DNA from: a virus
Length of the DNA stretch: 64,000 nucleotides
Strand: one strand, 5' to 3'
IMG/VR virus record: IMGVR_UViG_3300032220_000872
Location: 19,838-83,837 of that record
The notes under the pieces were generated by a model that saw nothing but the letters and a program-made list of their open reading frames with translations, was not told where the DNA came from and ran no database searches. The translations under genes were made by a program, and so were the position numbers. The number at the start of each line of letters is the position of its first letter. Within the stretch, counting starts at the first letter, position 1. Below are positions 30,358 through 39,717 of the stretch, piece by piece.

Positions 30358-31007
30358 GATTTTTTGGAGATAGTTTTTGTTCCTATGCTGAAAAACACAA
30401 TTGGATGGGACAATTAGCAGATCATTTTGACAGCAAAGTTGTACATAACGGTATAGGTGGATCCAGTTACTGGACCACTGTGATAGACTACACAAAAAAC
30501 TTTGATCAATACAAAAATTTAGATTACACAGTGTTCTGCTGGACCGAACCTTACAGAATATATCATCACAAAGGAGATTTTACAGGTCCTAAAGCATACA
30601 AAAAAGACGATCCTAGATCTAAAGCAGCACAGATGTACATAGAACATTTGCGTGATTGGAACAAAGAAAGGATGGAATTCACAGCCACAGCATATTGGTT
30701 GGATCATGAATATCTCAGCAAAGTGTCTGGAAAAATCATACACCTTTGGAGTTTTGGAGATATACGCATACATGATTGGCCCAAAGCAGAATTAAAAGAC
30801 ATTAAATTTTTACATGATTGGAAACACGGAGTGGAGATGCGTACACCTTTGTTTTATATCAGTTGTAGAACAGATTCTTTTAGACACAAATTTGAAAATC
30901 ACTGGTTGAATGATATATTTCATTTCACAGTGAATCACATGGGACCAGAAGGTGATGCCTGGGTGTTTAAGGCTATAAAAGATGTGCTAACTCAGGAAAA
31001 ATTTTAG
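30321..31007 (+). CDS. SGNH/GDSL hydrolase-fold protein
   Basis: GFFGDSF block I, GIGGSS block II, C-terminal NH; AAGGAG at 30309-30314 supports ATG 30321. Confidence 0.65.
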   Translation: MYRGRAGAQKQIGFFGDSFCSYAEKHNWMGQLADHFDSKVVHNGIGGSSYWTTVIDYTKNFDQYKNLDYTVFCWTEPYRIYHHKGDFTGPKAYKKDDPRSKAAQMYIEHLRDWNKERMEFTATAYWLDHEYLSKVSGKIIHLWSFGDIRIHDWPKAELKDIKFLHDWKHGVEMRTPLFYISCRTDSFRHKFENHWLNDIFHFTVNHMGPEGDAWVFKAIKDVLTQEKF

Positions 31008-32391
31008 CAGCACTCAATCCTCTGATAGCGTCCAATTTATTCACGTACTCTTTGAATCCAGGCAGCAGTCTAGAATTATCTTTGGCTTCCATGTGCATCA
31101 ACACTGCTTCCCAACGTCTCCATCCATAAGGATTAGTTTTCCAAAAATCATCGTCCTGTCTATAATTGTGCCTCAACCAATCTTTAAAATCCATAAACAG
31201 TTCTCTTATTTGTTGTTTGTCTTCTCGGGGTAATATTTGTATGCTTAAAAAAGTTGGTATGTATAATAAATGCATGTTAACCAATCCACCACCCATTTGT
31301 ACTCCACCAGGCACTGTGCCCACATTTAATTTTTTAAATCCGCTCTGTATTTTCCATTTCATAAAATCAGGCAAGTGTTTGATATTGAAAATTTGTATGG
31401 CAGTGGCTAAACTCACTTGTATGTTGTCAGGAGTATTGTCCAACATGTGTAAATTTTTTTCCACTGTGGCCCATTGTGTGGGAAAACGTATGTATTCATC
31501 ACGCTGATGTGTGGCGTCCATGCTCACAGCAAATTTAACTTTTTTAAATTTACTCCATAACTGGATTAAATCTTCATCCACTAATATACCATTGGAATTG
31601 TAACGCAACAATATACGATCTTGATAACCTTGACGTATGATTTCTTCAATAAATGTTTTATGCTCTTTGATCATCAGTGGTTCGCCACCAGCAAAATACA
31701 CCTGTTTTAAATTGGGTATCTGACGGTACATCTCCTGCCAGAATGTGTCCTTCTCATGCCAGAAGTTGTTGAATTCTTTGCGATCCCATTGGATTTGATC
31801 TTTGACTTCTTTGTTTTGTAATTGTGGCATCAGTTGTTGCCAGTCATTCACCCATTTGCTGCTGTCGTGTGGAGAACACATCACACATTTGATATTACAA
31901 GTGTGTCCCAAACGCAGATCCAAATACAATAATTTTTCAGGCACTGTGCCATCTTCTTTGGTCTGTCGTATCAGTTCAGGCACGTCCACACCATCACGAT
32001 ACCAAGTGCCAGTCTCCCAAATTCTTTTGCTCACCACTCCCACACGTTCTTCATCAAAACACTTGCGACAACTGGCAGGTATCTCGCCTTTCAGCATGGT
32101 GGTACGCACACTTTTCATATAATCATTGTTCCAAGCGCTCATGGGAGTATCCACTCCAAAGTTGGCAGGTGTGCCATCTTCTTTTTTAATAATACCCACT
32201 GTGTGATCTGATCCAGCACCACTGGCGTTGGCTGAACAACACAGCCTCATGTCACCATTGGGCCTGGTGGCAAAATGTATCCAAGGCAATATGCAATAGG
32301 TGGGTGTGCCTGTGACAGATTCTATTTCTCTCTGCCATTTGCCCAGTTGTGAATCTTCTGGATTCATCCAATATTCATTATGATCTGACAC
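30973..32391 (-). CDS. Radical SAM protein with N-terminal SPASM/twitch-like domain
   Basis: CILPW...ATRPNG..RLCC...C..C, then CNIKCVMC, AGGEPL, NSNG; paralogue of 27224..28492. Confidence 0.9.
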   Translation of the reverse strand: MSDHNEYWMNPEDSQLGKWQREIESVTGTPTYCILPWIHFATRPNGDMRLCCSANASGAGSDHTVGIIKKEDGTPANFGVDTPMSAWNNDYMKSVRTTMLKGEIPASCRKCFDEERVGVVSKRIWETGTWYRDGVDVPELIRQTKEDGTVPEKLLYLDLRLGHTCNIKCVMCSPHDSSKWVNDWQQLMPQLQNKEVKDQIQWDRKEFNNFWHEKDTFWQEMYRQIPNLKQVYFAGGEPLMIKEHKTFIEEIIRQGYQDRILLRYNSNGILVDEDLIQLWSKFKKVKFAVSMDATHQRDEYIRFPTQWATVEKNLHMLDNTPDNIQVSLATAIQIFNIKHLPDFMKWKIQSGFKKLNVGTVPGGVQMGGGLVNMHLLYIPTFLSIQILPREDKQQIRELFMDFKDWLRHNYRQDDDFWKTNPYGWRRWEAVLMHMEAKDNSRLLPGFKEYVNKLDAIRGLSAAKIFPELAHLL

Positions 32392-33199
32392 TGTCTACTC
32401 CCCATTGTCGCTCTTGACACCAAAAACATTTTCCACACACAGGCACGGGCTGCCCTGGCACATAAGTCCTGTAGTCCAAGTCTCCAAAGATTTCAGGTGA
32501 TGTGTCACGGTCACCTTCACAACTGCGAGTGAGATTGAATAGGTCCATTATGCCTAATTTTTTGTATTGGGCAACTATCCAATCTTTCTGCACATAAGTG
32601 AAAGGGTGACAAGCATAGCCGCCCATGTGTGCTTTGATTAATCTGTCCAGCACTGTGTCAGATAATGTGTCGAGCAACACATCTCTGTCAGTGAGACGAT
32701 GATCAAATTCTTTATCGGGATTCTTGGTCACTCCACAGTACCAAGCATCTAATTTTTTTGTGTGAGCCACATATTCAGCATGTGCTCTTAACTCTATTTG
32801 ATTACCACTCTTTAATCTACCGTATTCATCCACAATGGTAGGTCCTTTTGATCCCCATTCTAATTCAGGAGCAATGAAATTTTCGTGTCTTTTAAATTTT
32901 ATGCTTTTAAATTCATCAGTCAACCAATCATAAACTTCCATACTGTTGTGACGTTGCCAAGGTCTGGTTTTCCAACATCTAACATTGGTAATAATATGAA
33001 CAGTGATATTCAATTGATTTTTTACAATCAAATCGCACAGCAGATATGCCATTAGAGCACTGTCAGCACCACCACTCACACTGACGCCAATATTTTTCCA
33101 TTGGCTGGACAAAGGAAAATACACATCATCAATGAGATGCAGTATGTTTTTGAATACACTGGTTTCGTAAATTGTTTTTAATTGTGCTGTGTTACTCAT
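32378..33199 (-). CDS. queC: QueC-like PP-loop ATPase (7-cyano-7-deazaguanine synthase-like)
   Basis: SVSGGADS PP-loop; TRSC...CGKCFWCQER zinc site as in QueC. Divergent, so the function is uncertain. Confidence 0.55.
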   Translation of the reverse strand: MSNTAQLKTIYETSVFKNILHLIDDVYFPLSSQWKNIGVSVSGGADSALMAYLLCDLIVKNQLNITVHIITNVRCWKTRPWQRHNSMEVYDWLTDEFKSIKFKRHENFIAPELEWGSKGPTIVDEYGRLKSGNQIELRAHAEYVAHTKKLDAWYCGVTKNPDKEFDHRLTDRDVLLDTLSDTVLDRLIKAHMGGYACHPFTYVQKDWIVAQYKKLGIMDLFNLTRSCEGDRDTSPEIFGDLDYRTYVPGQPVPVCGKCFWCQERQWGVDSVRS

Positions 33200-34238
33200 A
33201 AATTTTTTTATTACAGTTGATTTCGGGTTGACATTTGCAACGTTCTCTTTCGCAGATTGTGGGCACAATATCAGGGTAAAAGTTATCAGTAAAATCATGG
33301 TTAAACAGATTGAATGAACGATTCAAATTATAAAGACGATTGCCACAAGAACCTTTGATCAATCCATGTTTGTCGATCTGTATGGTGTCTACACCCACGT
33401 TACATTGCCATCCTTTAAAATTGTTCATACCATTTAATGAAAGATAATTTTGCAATACTCTTTTCTTTTTCTTATTGTTAAAATGCAATGTGGGAGTGGA
33501 ATTAAATTTTTCAAATCTTCTTTTTTTCCAGTTAAACAGTTCAAAAAATGATGGATTTCTTTTGTTACAATCACTGAGATATTTCTTTTGTTCTTCATTG
33601 TAATTTACGGTGCTGTGATAAATTTCTAATACATTTATGGCCCATTTTTTTCGGCTGGATTTTAACTGCTCCACTATGGCCACACATTTATCCCAAGCAT
33701 GTGGATCCATCAGCACGTTAGCATCCACGCTGACTCCTTTTTTGTACAACAGATCTGCCACAGCAACAATATGTGGCACGTCCACTCTTTCATGATGACA
33801 GCTCAGCATCACAATGTCATTGTAATGACCATATTCTTCCCACCATCTCAGTGTGCGTGATCCATTGGTGCTCATGCTGATCAAACAGTTGAATTGTTCT
33901 TTGAAATATTTGGTAAATTCTCCAAAATCTTTCCATATGGTTGGTTCACCTCCTATGAGGTGCAGATAGAAATCTTTTTTGCCAATATTTTTTTTGTAAT
34001 GTTCAATGAGATGGGAAAGATTCTTTTTGATCATTTCAAGATTGGGCCAACCATGTGTGCCTTCATTGGATCCAGGAAAACAATACCAACACTTGTAATT
34101 GCATCTGTTGCTGAGGAATAACTCTATCCTAAAACTATCTTTTTTTTGGTTGCTCTGTATTCTAATTAACTGTTCAGATGATTGGCCATCACTGGCTGAT
34201 GATACATCACTGGAATTTGACTGCTCGAAATTGGACAT
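33192..34238 (-). CDS. Radical SAM protein (twitch-like C-terminus)
   Basis: CNYKCWYC, IGGEPT, STNGSR, GWQCNVG...C...C...CKC. Confidence 0.9.
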   Translation of the reverse strand: MSNFEQSNSSDVSSASDGQSSEQLIRIQSNQKKDSFRIELFLSNRCNYKCWYCFPGSNEGTHGWPNLEMIKKNLSHLIEHYKKNIGKKDFYLHLIGGEPTIWKDFGEFTKYFKEQFNCLISMSTNGSRTLRWWEEYGHYNDIVMLSCHHERVDVPHIVAVADLLYKKGVSVDANVLMDPHAWDKCVAIVEQLKSSRKKWAINVLEIYHSTVNYNEEQKKYLSDCNKRNPSFFELFNWKKRRFEKFNSTPTLHFNNKKKKRVLQNYLSLNGMNNFKGWQCNVGVDTIQIDKHGLIKGSCGNRLYNLNRSFNLFNHDFTDNFYPDIVPTICERERCKCQPEINCNKKIYE

Positions 34239-34251
34239 AGTATGGACAGAG

Positions 34252-34295
34252 TATTTATCGTAATTAAATACCCACATAATATTTTGCGATAAATA
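34252..34295. promoter_or_regulatory. Divergent late-promoter-like region: TAAATA on - (34252-34257) and + (34265-34270, 34290-34295)
   Basis: CGATAAATA occurs on both strands, each facing one of the two divergent genes. Confidence 0.65.
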
Positions 34296-34300
34296 TCAAT

Positions 34301-34996
34301 ATGCTCCAAAAATTAGATGTCAAATTTTCATCAGATGACATTTTGAAAACTCTCACAAACATTCATTTGGAACAAGATTCAGAAGATCTTATGCACAAAA
34401 TTGAGATCAATGCTCCCAGCGGAAATTGGTTTTACGATCCTTGGCATTTAAAAACGGAATTTCAAAATACCAATTTAATTTCATTGTTTGATCAATTGGG
34501 ACCAGTGGGTCAAGCAAGAATAGTGATGATCAAACCCGGTTGTAATTACACAGCCCATGCAGATATAGACGACAGATATCATATCAATCTGCAGGGTGAA
34601 CACAGTTATTTGATTGACTTGGACAATACAAAAATGTATCCTACATTGGTGGACAATTATTGTTATCTTATGGACACATCACGCATACACACTGCCGTAA
34701 ATTTTGGTTATTTAGATAGAATTCAATTGGTCATAAGGAAATTACTGAACAGAAGTCAGTTACAAAATCCAACACATGTTAAAATTAAAGCCATAGATGC
34801 ACCTTATAATTTAAGATATCTTTTTGATCAAACTTTTTCTATTTGGTTAAACAAAGCAAATAAGAAAAAAATTATTGATAACTTTAAACCAATCACAGAT
34901 GAAGAAATAGATCTTGATTTGGAACGAGAATATTTGGAAGAATTAAAAAACATTTCTTTGAATTGTGGATTTAAAGTTGAGATCAATCATGATTGA
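34301..34996 (+). CDS. 2OG-Fe(II) oxygenase, Asp/Asn beta-hydroxylase-like
   Basis: ARI...PG..YTAHADIDDRYH...HTAVN....RIQLV (HxD...H...R). Confidence 0.7.
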   Translation: MLQKLDVKFSSDDILKTLTNIHLEQDSEDLMHKIEINAPSGNWFYDPWHLKTEFQNTNLISLFDQLGPVGQARIVMIKPGCNYTAHADIDDRYHINLQGEHSYLIDLDNTKMYPTLVDNYCYLMDTSRIHTAVNFGYLDRIQLVIRKLLNRSQLQNPTHVKIKAIDAPYNLRYLFDQTFSIWLNKANKKKIIDNFKPITDEEIDLDLEREYLEELKNISLNCGFKVEINHD

Positions 34997-35624
34997 ATAT
35001 TGGAATAATTTTTATAAACATGAATTAGGCACATTAGCCATTGCCAACATGGTGTATGAGCCATTGATTAATCCTGACAAAGATATATTTAAAATGAATT
35101 TTAACAGTAATCAATATTTTGTTAATCCCAATATGACGGATGACTTTAGACAAAATTGGTTTTCAAGAGAAATCAATTATATAGAAAAATTAAAACACAA
35201 ATCATATGCTCCTGAAATCAACAACATTGATCACAGAAATAGAACTGTGGAATTCAAATGGTATGATCGTAGTCTAAGCAAACTCATACACACAGGCGAA
35301 ATATTCGCAGTGCCCAACTGGCAACAACAGATCAAAGATATTTTGTTAGACTTATTGTCAATGAATATACGCAAATCTAATTTGTATCCACACACATTTT
35401 ATTTGGATGATAAAAACAAAGTTCGCATAATGGATCTTTACGGTTGTACCTGTGACGAAGATAGATACGTGTCCAAAGAATTGTTGACTTCCATATTGTT
35501 TGATCCCACCCATCCTAGATTTGCTCAAAGTCTTGTGGGTGAATTATATGACACATTTAAATTGTATGAATTAACTGTGAAACTGAATTATGGCAATTGG
35601 CCAGGAGATTTTTTAAATGCTTGA
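34989..35624 (+). CDS. Protein-kinase-like fold protein with degenerate catalytic loop
   Basis: REI..I.KL....APEI, KSNLYPHTF (in place of HxDLxPxN), IMDLYG (DFG-like); paralogue of 44145..44834. Confidence 0.5.
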   Translation: MIEYWNNFYKHELGTLAIANMVYEPLINPDKDIFKMNFNSNQYFVNPNMTDDFRQNWFSREINYIEKLKHKSYAPEINNIDHRNRTVEFKWYDRSLSKLIHTGEIFAVPNWQQQIKDILLDLLSMNIRKSNLYPHTFYLDDKNKVRIMDLYGCTCDEDRYVSKELLTSILFDPTHPRFAQSLVGELYDTFKLYELTVKLNYGNWPGDFLNA

Positions 35625-36165
35625 ATATGTGGGTAATTGCAAAGACGTGATTGATTGGCACAGTGTTATAGAAAGCATTGAAGATCAGCAGAGTGCTTAC
35701 ATAGGACCAAGACATGATGTGGGGCATCATGTGCCAGGAGTGGAAGAAGTGGCCAAACCATTGCGTGAAGCTGGCTATAAAATGAAACACGAAGGCGGCA
35801 ATGCCAGTTGGGACATGTACCTACCAGGCACAAATTTTGATAAAAAGATAGCGGAAAAGTTTTGTGAATGGGTGGGAATGAGCAGTTACATCAATGCTTG
35901 GATCAGCAGAGTAAAACCTGGTGACGTAGCACCTTGGCATTGGGATATAACTGATGATGAAAAAACTTTAGAACACAAAAAAGAAATAGTTCGATATCAT
36001 TGCCACATAAGTCCACCAGCACCAGGACATGTTTTAATTGTGGAAGATCATTGTCTATACAATCAAGAGATGGGCGCTACCTGGAAATGGCCTCGACGCA
36101 CTGCATGGCATGCAGGATCCAATGCAGGATTAGTGCCCAAATATATTTTTAACATATGGGGATAA
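35617..36165 (+). CDS. 2OG-Fe(II)/cupin oxygenase-like protein
   Basis: PGDVAPWHWD...WHAGSN....K motif. Confidence 0.65.
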   Translation: MLEYVGNCKDVIDWHSVIESIEDQQSAYIGPRHDVGHHVPGVEEVAKPLREAGYKMKHEGGNASWDMYLPGTNFDKKIAEKFCEWVGMSSYINAWISRVKPGDVAPWHWDITDDEKTLEHKKEIVRYHCHISPPAPGHVLIVEDHCLYNQEMGATWKWPRRTAWHAGSNAGLVPKYIFNIWG

Positions 36166-36166
36166 T

Positions 36167-36922
36167 ATGAAAGGTGTTTACGGCAAACCATACATCTGTA
36201 TGGATTCTTATGTGAATATACAACAATTAAAAGATATCTCAAAAGATGTGAATTATGGTATTGGCAAAGCTCATGCATTTATTAGATTAAATTATGGTAT
36301 AGAAAATCATAAAGAATATACAGACGATATCAGAGGAGCTTATAATTATTGGCGTGACAAAGAAACAGACCCTAAACTAAAACAGTATGGTGTAGAGTTA
36401 GAAAAAAATGATAAAGTAGGGTTTCACTATTGGTTAATGTATCAGTATCCTGTGTATGAATCACTGAATTATCTTGTGATAAGAGAATTTGATAGATGCA
36501 TCAATGATCCGTGTGTGCCTTATGATGCAAATAAAAATCCAGTGTATGACTGTAGATGGACAGAAGAATCCAAATATTTTCCATCACTAGTGGATTGGGC
36601 TAAAAAACTGCCATTTGAACCATTGGGACCAATCATACTATTGTTGAAAAATTCTGGATTAAAAACTATCAAACACAGAGATTGTTTTTTACAGATGGAA
36701 CCTTATGAGCATGAAGAGCATTTCATATGGTTTGACCCTATGAATGACCGATCTTTGTATGTGGAAAATGGAGACGAAAAAATACACATGAAACCTGGCA
36801 ACTCATTCTATTGGAACAATCATGATTGGCACGGCGGATTAGAAAACACCAACAAAGTCAGTTGGTCCATGAGAATAGAAGGTATTTTTACTAAAGAACT
36901 GGTGGCACAATTAAAACAATGA
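36167..36922 (+). CDS. 2OG-Fe(II)/cupin oxygenase-like protein
   Basis: KHRD...WNNHDWHGG...SMRI; paralogue of 41959..42765. Confidence 0.6.
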   Translation: MKGVYGKPYICMDSYVNIQQLKDISKDVNYGIGKAHAFIRLNYGIENHKEYTDDIRGAYNYWRDKETDPKLKQYGVELEKNDKVGFHYWLMYQYPVYESLNYLVIREFDRCINDPCVPYDANKNPVYDCRWTEESKYFPSLVDWAKKLPFEPLGPIILLLKNSGLKTIKHRDCFLQMEPYEHEEHFIWFDPMNDRSLYVENGDEKIHMKPGNSFYWNNHDWHGGLENTNKVSWSMRIEGIFTKELVAQLKQ

Positions 36923-37500
36923 AAAAAACATTACAGTTTGATTATTTTCCAGTGATGCGTTCTTCTTATGTACCCAATGAACTGGTTGCTGAAGGCAAAC
37001 TGCAGGATCAATTAACACTACAATGGAACAATTCTGCTCTGTTTGATACCATAGAATTAAGCAAGGAAACTGCTGAAAAAAAAAGCATAAACAGAAGCGC
37101 TGAAATTGTTTTACAAAAAAATAATAACACATTGGTGTTACAAAATAAACAAAGTTGGCATGATGACAAACACATAGAACTCACAGCACAGATTGATTTA
37201 ATTTATAAAGACGCAGACTGGTGGTTGTGTAAATTTATCTACAATTTATCACTGTGTGATGCACAATCATTGCAATCATTCAATGACAAGTTTGGTATCA
37301 GTCAGGAGTACTTTCATTTTAAATTGAATGGCGAAACACTGATACACAATCAACCAGTGCAGGCAGGCACTGCCTTGAGTGCAGAAAAAGAATTCTATTG
37401 GCAAGGACACAATCCCATAATGTTCGAACTAGAGGAGTATGGCAATGGAGCCAACACGGACAGTAGATTTATTCAAATTGTAAGGTTCACAGTGTTATGA
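36919..37500 (+). CDS. Hypothetical protein
   Basis: 193-aa ORF with ATGA overlaps on both sides. Confidence 0.6.
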   Translation: MKKTLQFDYFPVMRSSYVPNELVAEGKLQDQLTLQWNNSALFDTIELSKETAEKKSINRSAEIVLQKNNNTLVLQNKQSWHDDKHIELTAQIDLIYKDADWWLCKFIYNLSLCDAQSLQSFNDKFGISQEYFHFKLNGETLIHNQPVQAGTALSAEKEFYWQGHNPIMFELEEYGNGANTDSRFIQIVRFTVL

Positions 37501-38045
37501 AAATATTAATGACAGGGCATACATCTCCCATAGGTTCGGCGTTGTATGAACATTTTAAACATCAGGCACACGGTTGCAGTAGATCCAATGGTTATGACTT
37601 GACTCAACTGCAAGACATAGAGAAGATAGCTGAACTCAGCCTACAATACGATCATTTTTTAAATTTAGCCCATGTGGGCACAGCTCAAACTCAATTGCTT
37701 AACTTGATACACAAGTCATGGACAAATAATAATAAGTGTGGTAAAATTGTTTCTTTTGGAACCTTAGGTACTGAATTGCCTTTAAAAATTTTACAAACTT
37801 TCAATACTCCAATGGAATATTTCAAACAAAAACAAACATTGGAAGCTGTGCATAGACGTTTGTGTGTTGAAAAACCATTTGGCCCACAACCACAAAGCAT
37901 ATTAATACGAATAATGAATTACGGTGTAAAAGTGGGTGAAAGATCTGGAGAGCCCAGTTGTGACAGCAAAGATATCATACGTACTGTTGAATATGTGTTG
38001 AATGAATCTTGTTATATCAGCACAATTGATTTAAGAAAAATTTAA
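37497..38045 (+). CDS. Short-chain dehydrogenase/reductase-like (compact Rossmann fold)
   Basis: ILMTGHTSPIG nucleotide-binding motif; Y...K (YFKQK) catalytic motif. Confidence 0.7.
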   Translation: MKILMTGHTSPIGSALYEHFKHQAHGCSRSNGYDLTQLQDIEKIAELSLQYDHFLNLAHVGTAQTQLLNLIHKSWTNNNKCGKIVSFGTLGTELPLKILQTFNTPMEYFKQKQTLEAVHRRLCVEKPFGPQPQSILIRIMNYGVKVGERSGEPSCDSKDIIRTVEYVLNESCYISTIDLRKI

Positions 38046-39112
38046 ACTATTTGTCTTTTGGTTCCTTTGCGTTTGGTATCCAATGTAAAACAATGAATCC
38101 CACCTTCCCAATATACCTGATGTCTCTGATTGACCACGTGACATTCAATGCCTAAGGTTTTTAAATATCTAAAAAGTTCAGGAATATGTCTGCCAAACAA
38201 TACATTTTTAGAATCCAATACCACCACATTTAAATCAAAACAAACTTCTTGATTGTATCCTCTCCAATTATTAAGATATTTTTCCAGCCATAACTCAGAA
38301 TATTTTCCATCTGTGCTGACATAATCTTTCACATAATTGTCTATGTACACTTCTGAAACATACTGTGAAATATCAATTAATTTCTTATTTTGTAATATTG
38401 TTGGAACCCATTTTAATCCACAATGCACCACAGTGTCGTCGTCCAGCATAAAAAATCCGTGATCAATGTGCCCATAATTTTTAAATATGTTTTCAGGCAA
38501 ATTGGGAATAAATTTATAAGAAGCATATATTTTTTTAATCCATTCATACCCCAATTGAGTTCCAGGACCTGCAGAATTCACAATAACGCTGTCGCCCAAT
38601 TTATACATGGTAGCAGTGTGCCACAACAATTGTTCTTTATATGTGTCTTTGTAAATTTTATCTGATATAAACCAACTTTCTTCTGCGGTAATATTTCTCA
38701 ATTGAGGAGCGGGCTGACAGTGTATTTGATAATTTTGTTCAGCAAAATAACTGAATATTTGTTTGTAACACAATACATCCAAATATCTATCAGAATAACT
38801 GGTATATGTTTGAGAGAATGTATTATCCATTACAAAATATTGATCACGTGGCACTATAGGACACATAGGTACAGATATTTTTAAATCTCCTATTATTACA
38901 GGTGTATCGTATCTCAACACTGTGGGTCTAAGAACTTTTATGTTAGAATCTGTAAAAAATTTTGCTAAAGCATCAAGATCCTGTTTCGTTTCTTCAAGAA
39001 TAAGATTAAATTTTTTTAAACAAGGTTGAGGTAAAAAATTATCTAAATCACCTGGTAGATAACTGTCACCTACTATGATTTCCTGTAATTTATCATATTC
39101 GGTGAATATCAT
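38042..39112 (-). CDS. Amidinotransferase (glycine/inosamine-phosphate amidinotransferase family)
   Basis: EYDKLQEIIVG, PRD, GHID, C-terminal GGIHCFTLD..R with catalytic Cys. Confidence 0.85.
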   Translation of the reverse strand: MIFTEYDKLQEIIVGDSYLPGDLDNFLPQPCLKKFNLILEETKQDLDALAKFFTDSNIKVLRPTVLRYDTPVIIGDLKISVPMCPIVPRDQYFVMDNTFSQTYTSYSDRYLDVLCYKQIFSYFAEQNYQIHCQPAPQLRNITAEESWFISDKIYKDTYKEQLLWHTATMYKLGDSVIVNSAGPGTQLGYEWIKKIYASYKFIPNLPENIFKNYGHIDHGFFMLDDDTVVHCGLKWVPTILQNKKLIDISQYVSEVYIDNYVKDYVSTDGKYSELWLEKYLNNWRGYNQEVCFDLNVVVLDSKNVLFGRHIPELFRYLKTLGIECHVVNQRHQVYWEGGIHCFTLDTKRKGTKRQIV

Positions 39113-39717
39113 TGTATTAGATGTGCATGATTGATAAACATCTGCAAAGAATATCTGGTCACTGTGCTGTTGGAAATTTGTGTGACTGCATGCACTTGGT
39201 CTTTAGAATTGATTATTATTCTATTTTTTTTAGGTTCTACAAATATTCCTTGTGTGTCATTATCTTGTTCTTTGTACACAAATAATCCACCGTTGTCCGA
39301 ATTCCAATCATTTAAAAATATTGTTATGCCAACATAATCCACACCACCGTCTTTTTCATAAAGTCCATCTTTGTGCCATGTGGCTCTGTAAGGAGCAGTG
39401 TTCACATGATATCTCAACATGCAGTCTTTGGATTTAAACCCTTCCTCTGTTAGATGTTTTTTATCATATAAATTTTTTAAAATAATATCCACTGCGGTAT
39501 TTTTTAAAAGATAATATCTGCAATTATCCAATCCAAAATGTTCATTTTCTATTAACAATAAATTTTTATCTTCGAGTCCATCATGATCACTTTCCGTTGG
39601 AGCATGATGTTGTTCTTTGTAGAACAATTCACGATTTTCCATTGTGATTTCGTTGTCAATAACTTGCTTCAACTGTTCTAATGTCTGCTCATCAAAAAAA
39701 TTATCTATTATTTTCAT
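39109..39717 (-). CDS. 2OG-Fe(II) oxygenase (prolyl-4-hydroxylase-like)
   Basis: WHKD...IFLN.W....GG.F...HAV......RYSLQ. Confidence 0.8.
   Translation of the reverse strand: MKIIDNFFDEQTLEQLKQVIDNEITMENRELFYKEQHHAPTESDHDGLEDKNLLLIENEHFGLDNCRYYLLKNTAVDIILKNLYDKKHLTEEGFKSKDCMLRYHVNTAPYRATWHKDGLYEKDGGVDYVGITIFLNDWNSDNGGLFVYKEQDNDTQGIFVEPKKNRIIINSKDQVHAVTQISNSTVTRYSLQMFINHAHLIQ

Noticed and set aside
30300-30360. Programmed -1 frameshift fusing the radical SAM at 29377 to the SGNH ORF (CCCAAAAAC)
   Set aside because: The heptamer is not in canonical X XXY YYZ phase, and AAGGAG plus ATG at 30321 explains independent initiation
24650-34238. RiPP cluster with a precursor peptide
   Set aside because: Genes overlap end to end, leaving no room for a small precursor ORF; no RRE, peptidase or transporter recognised
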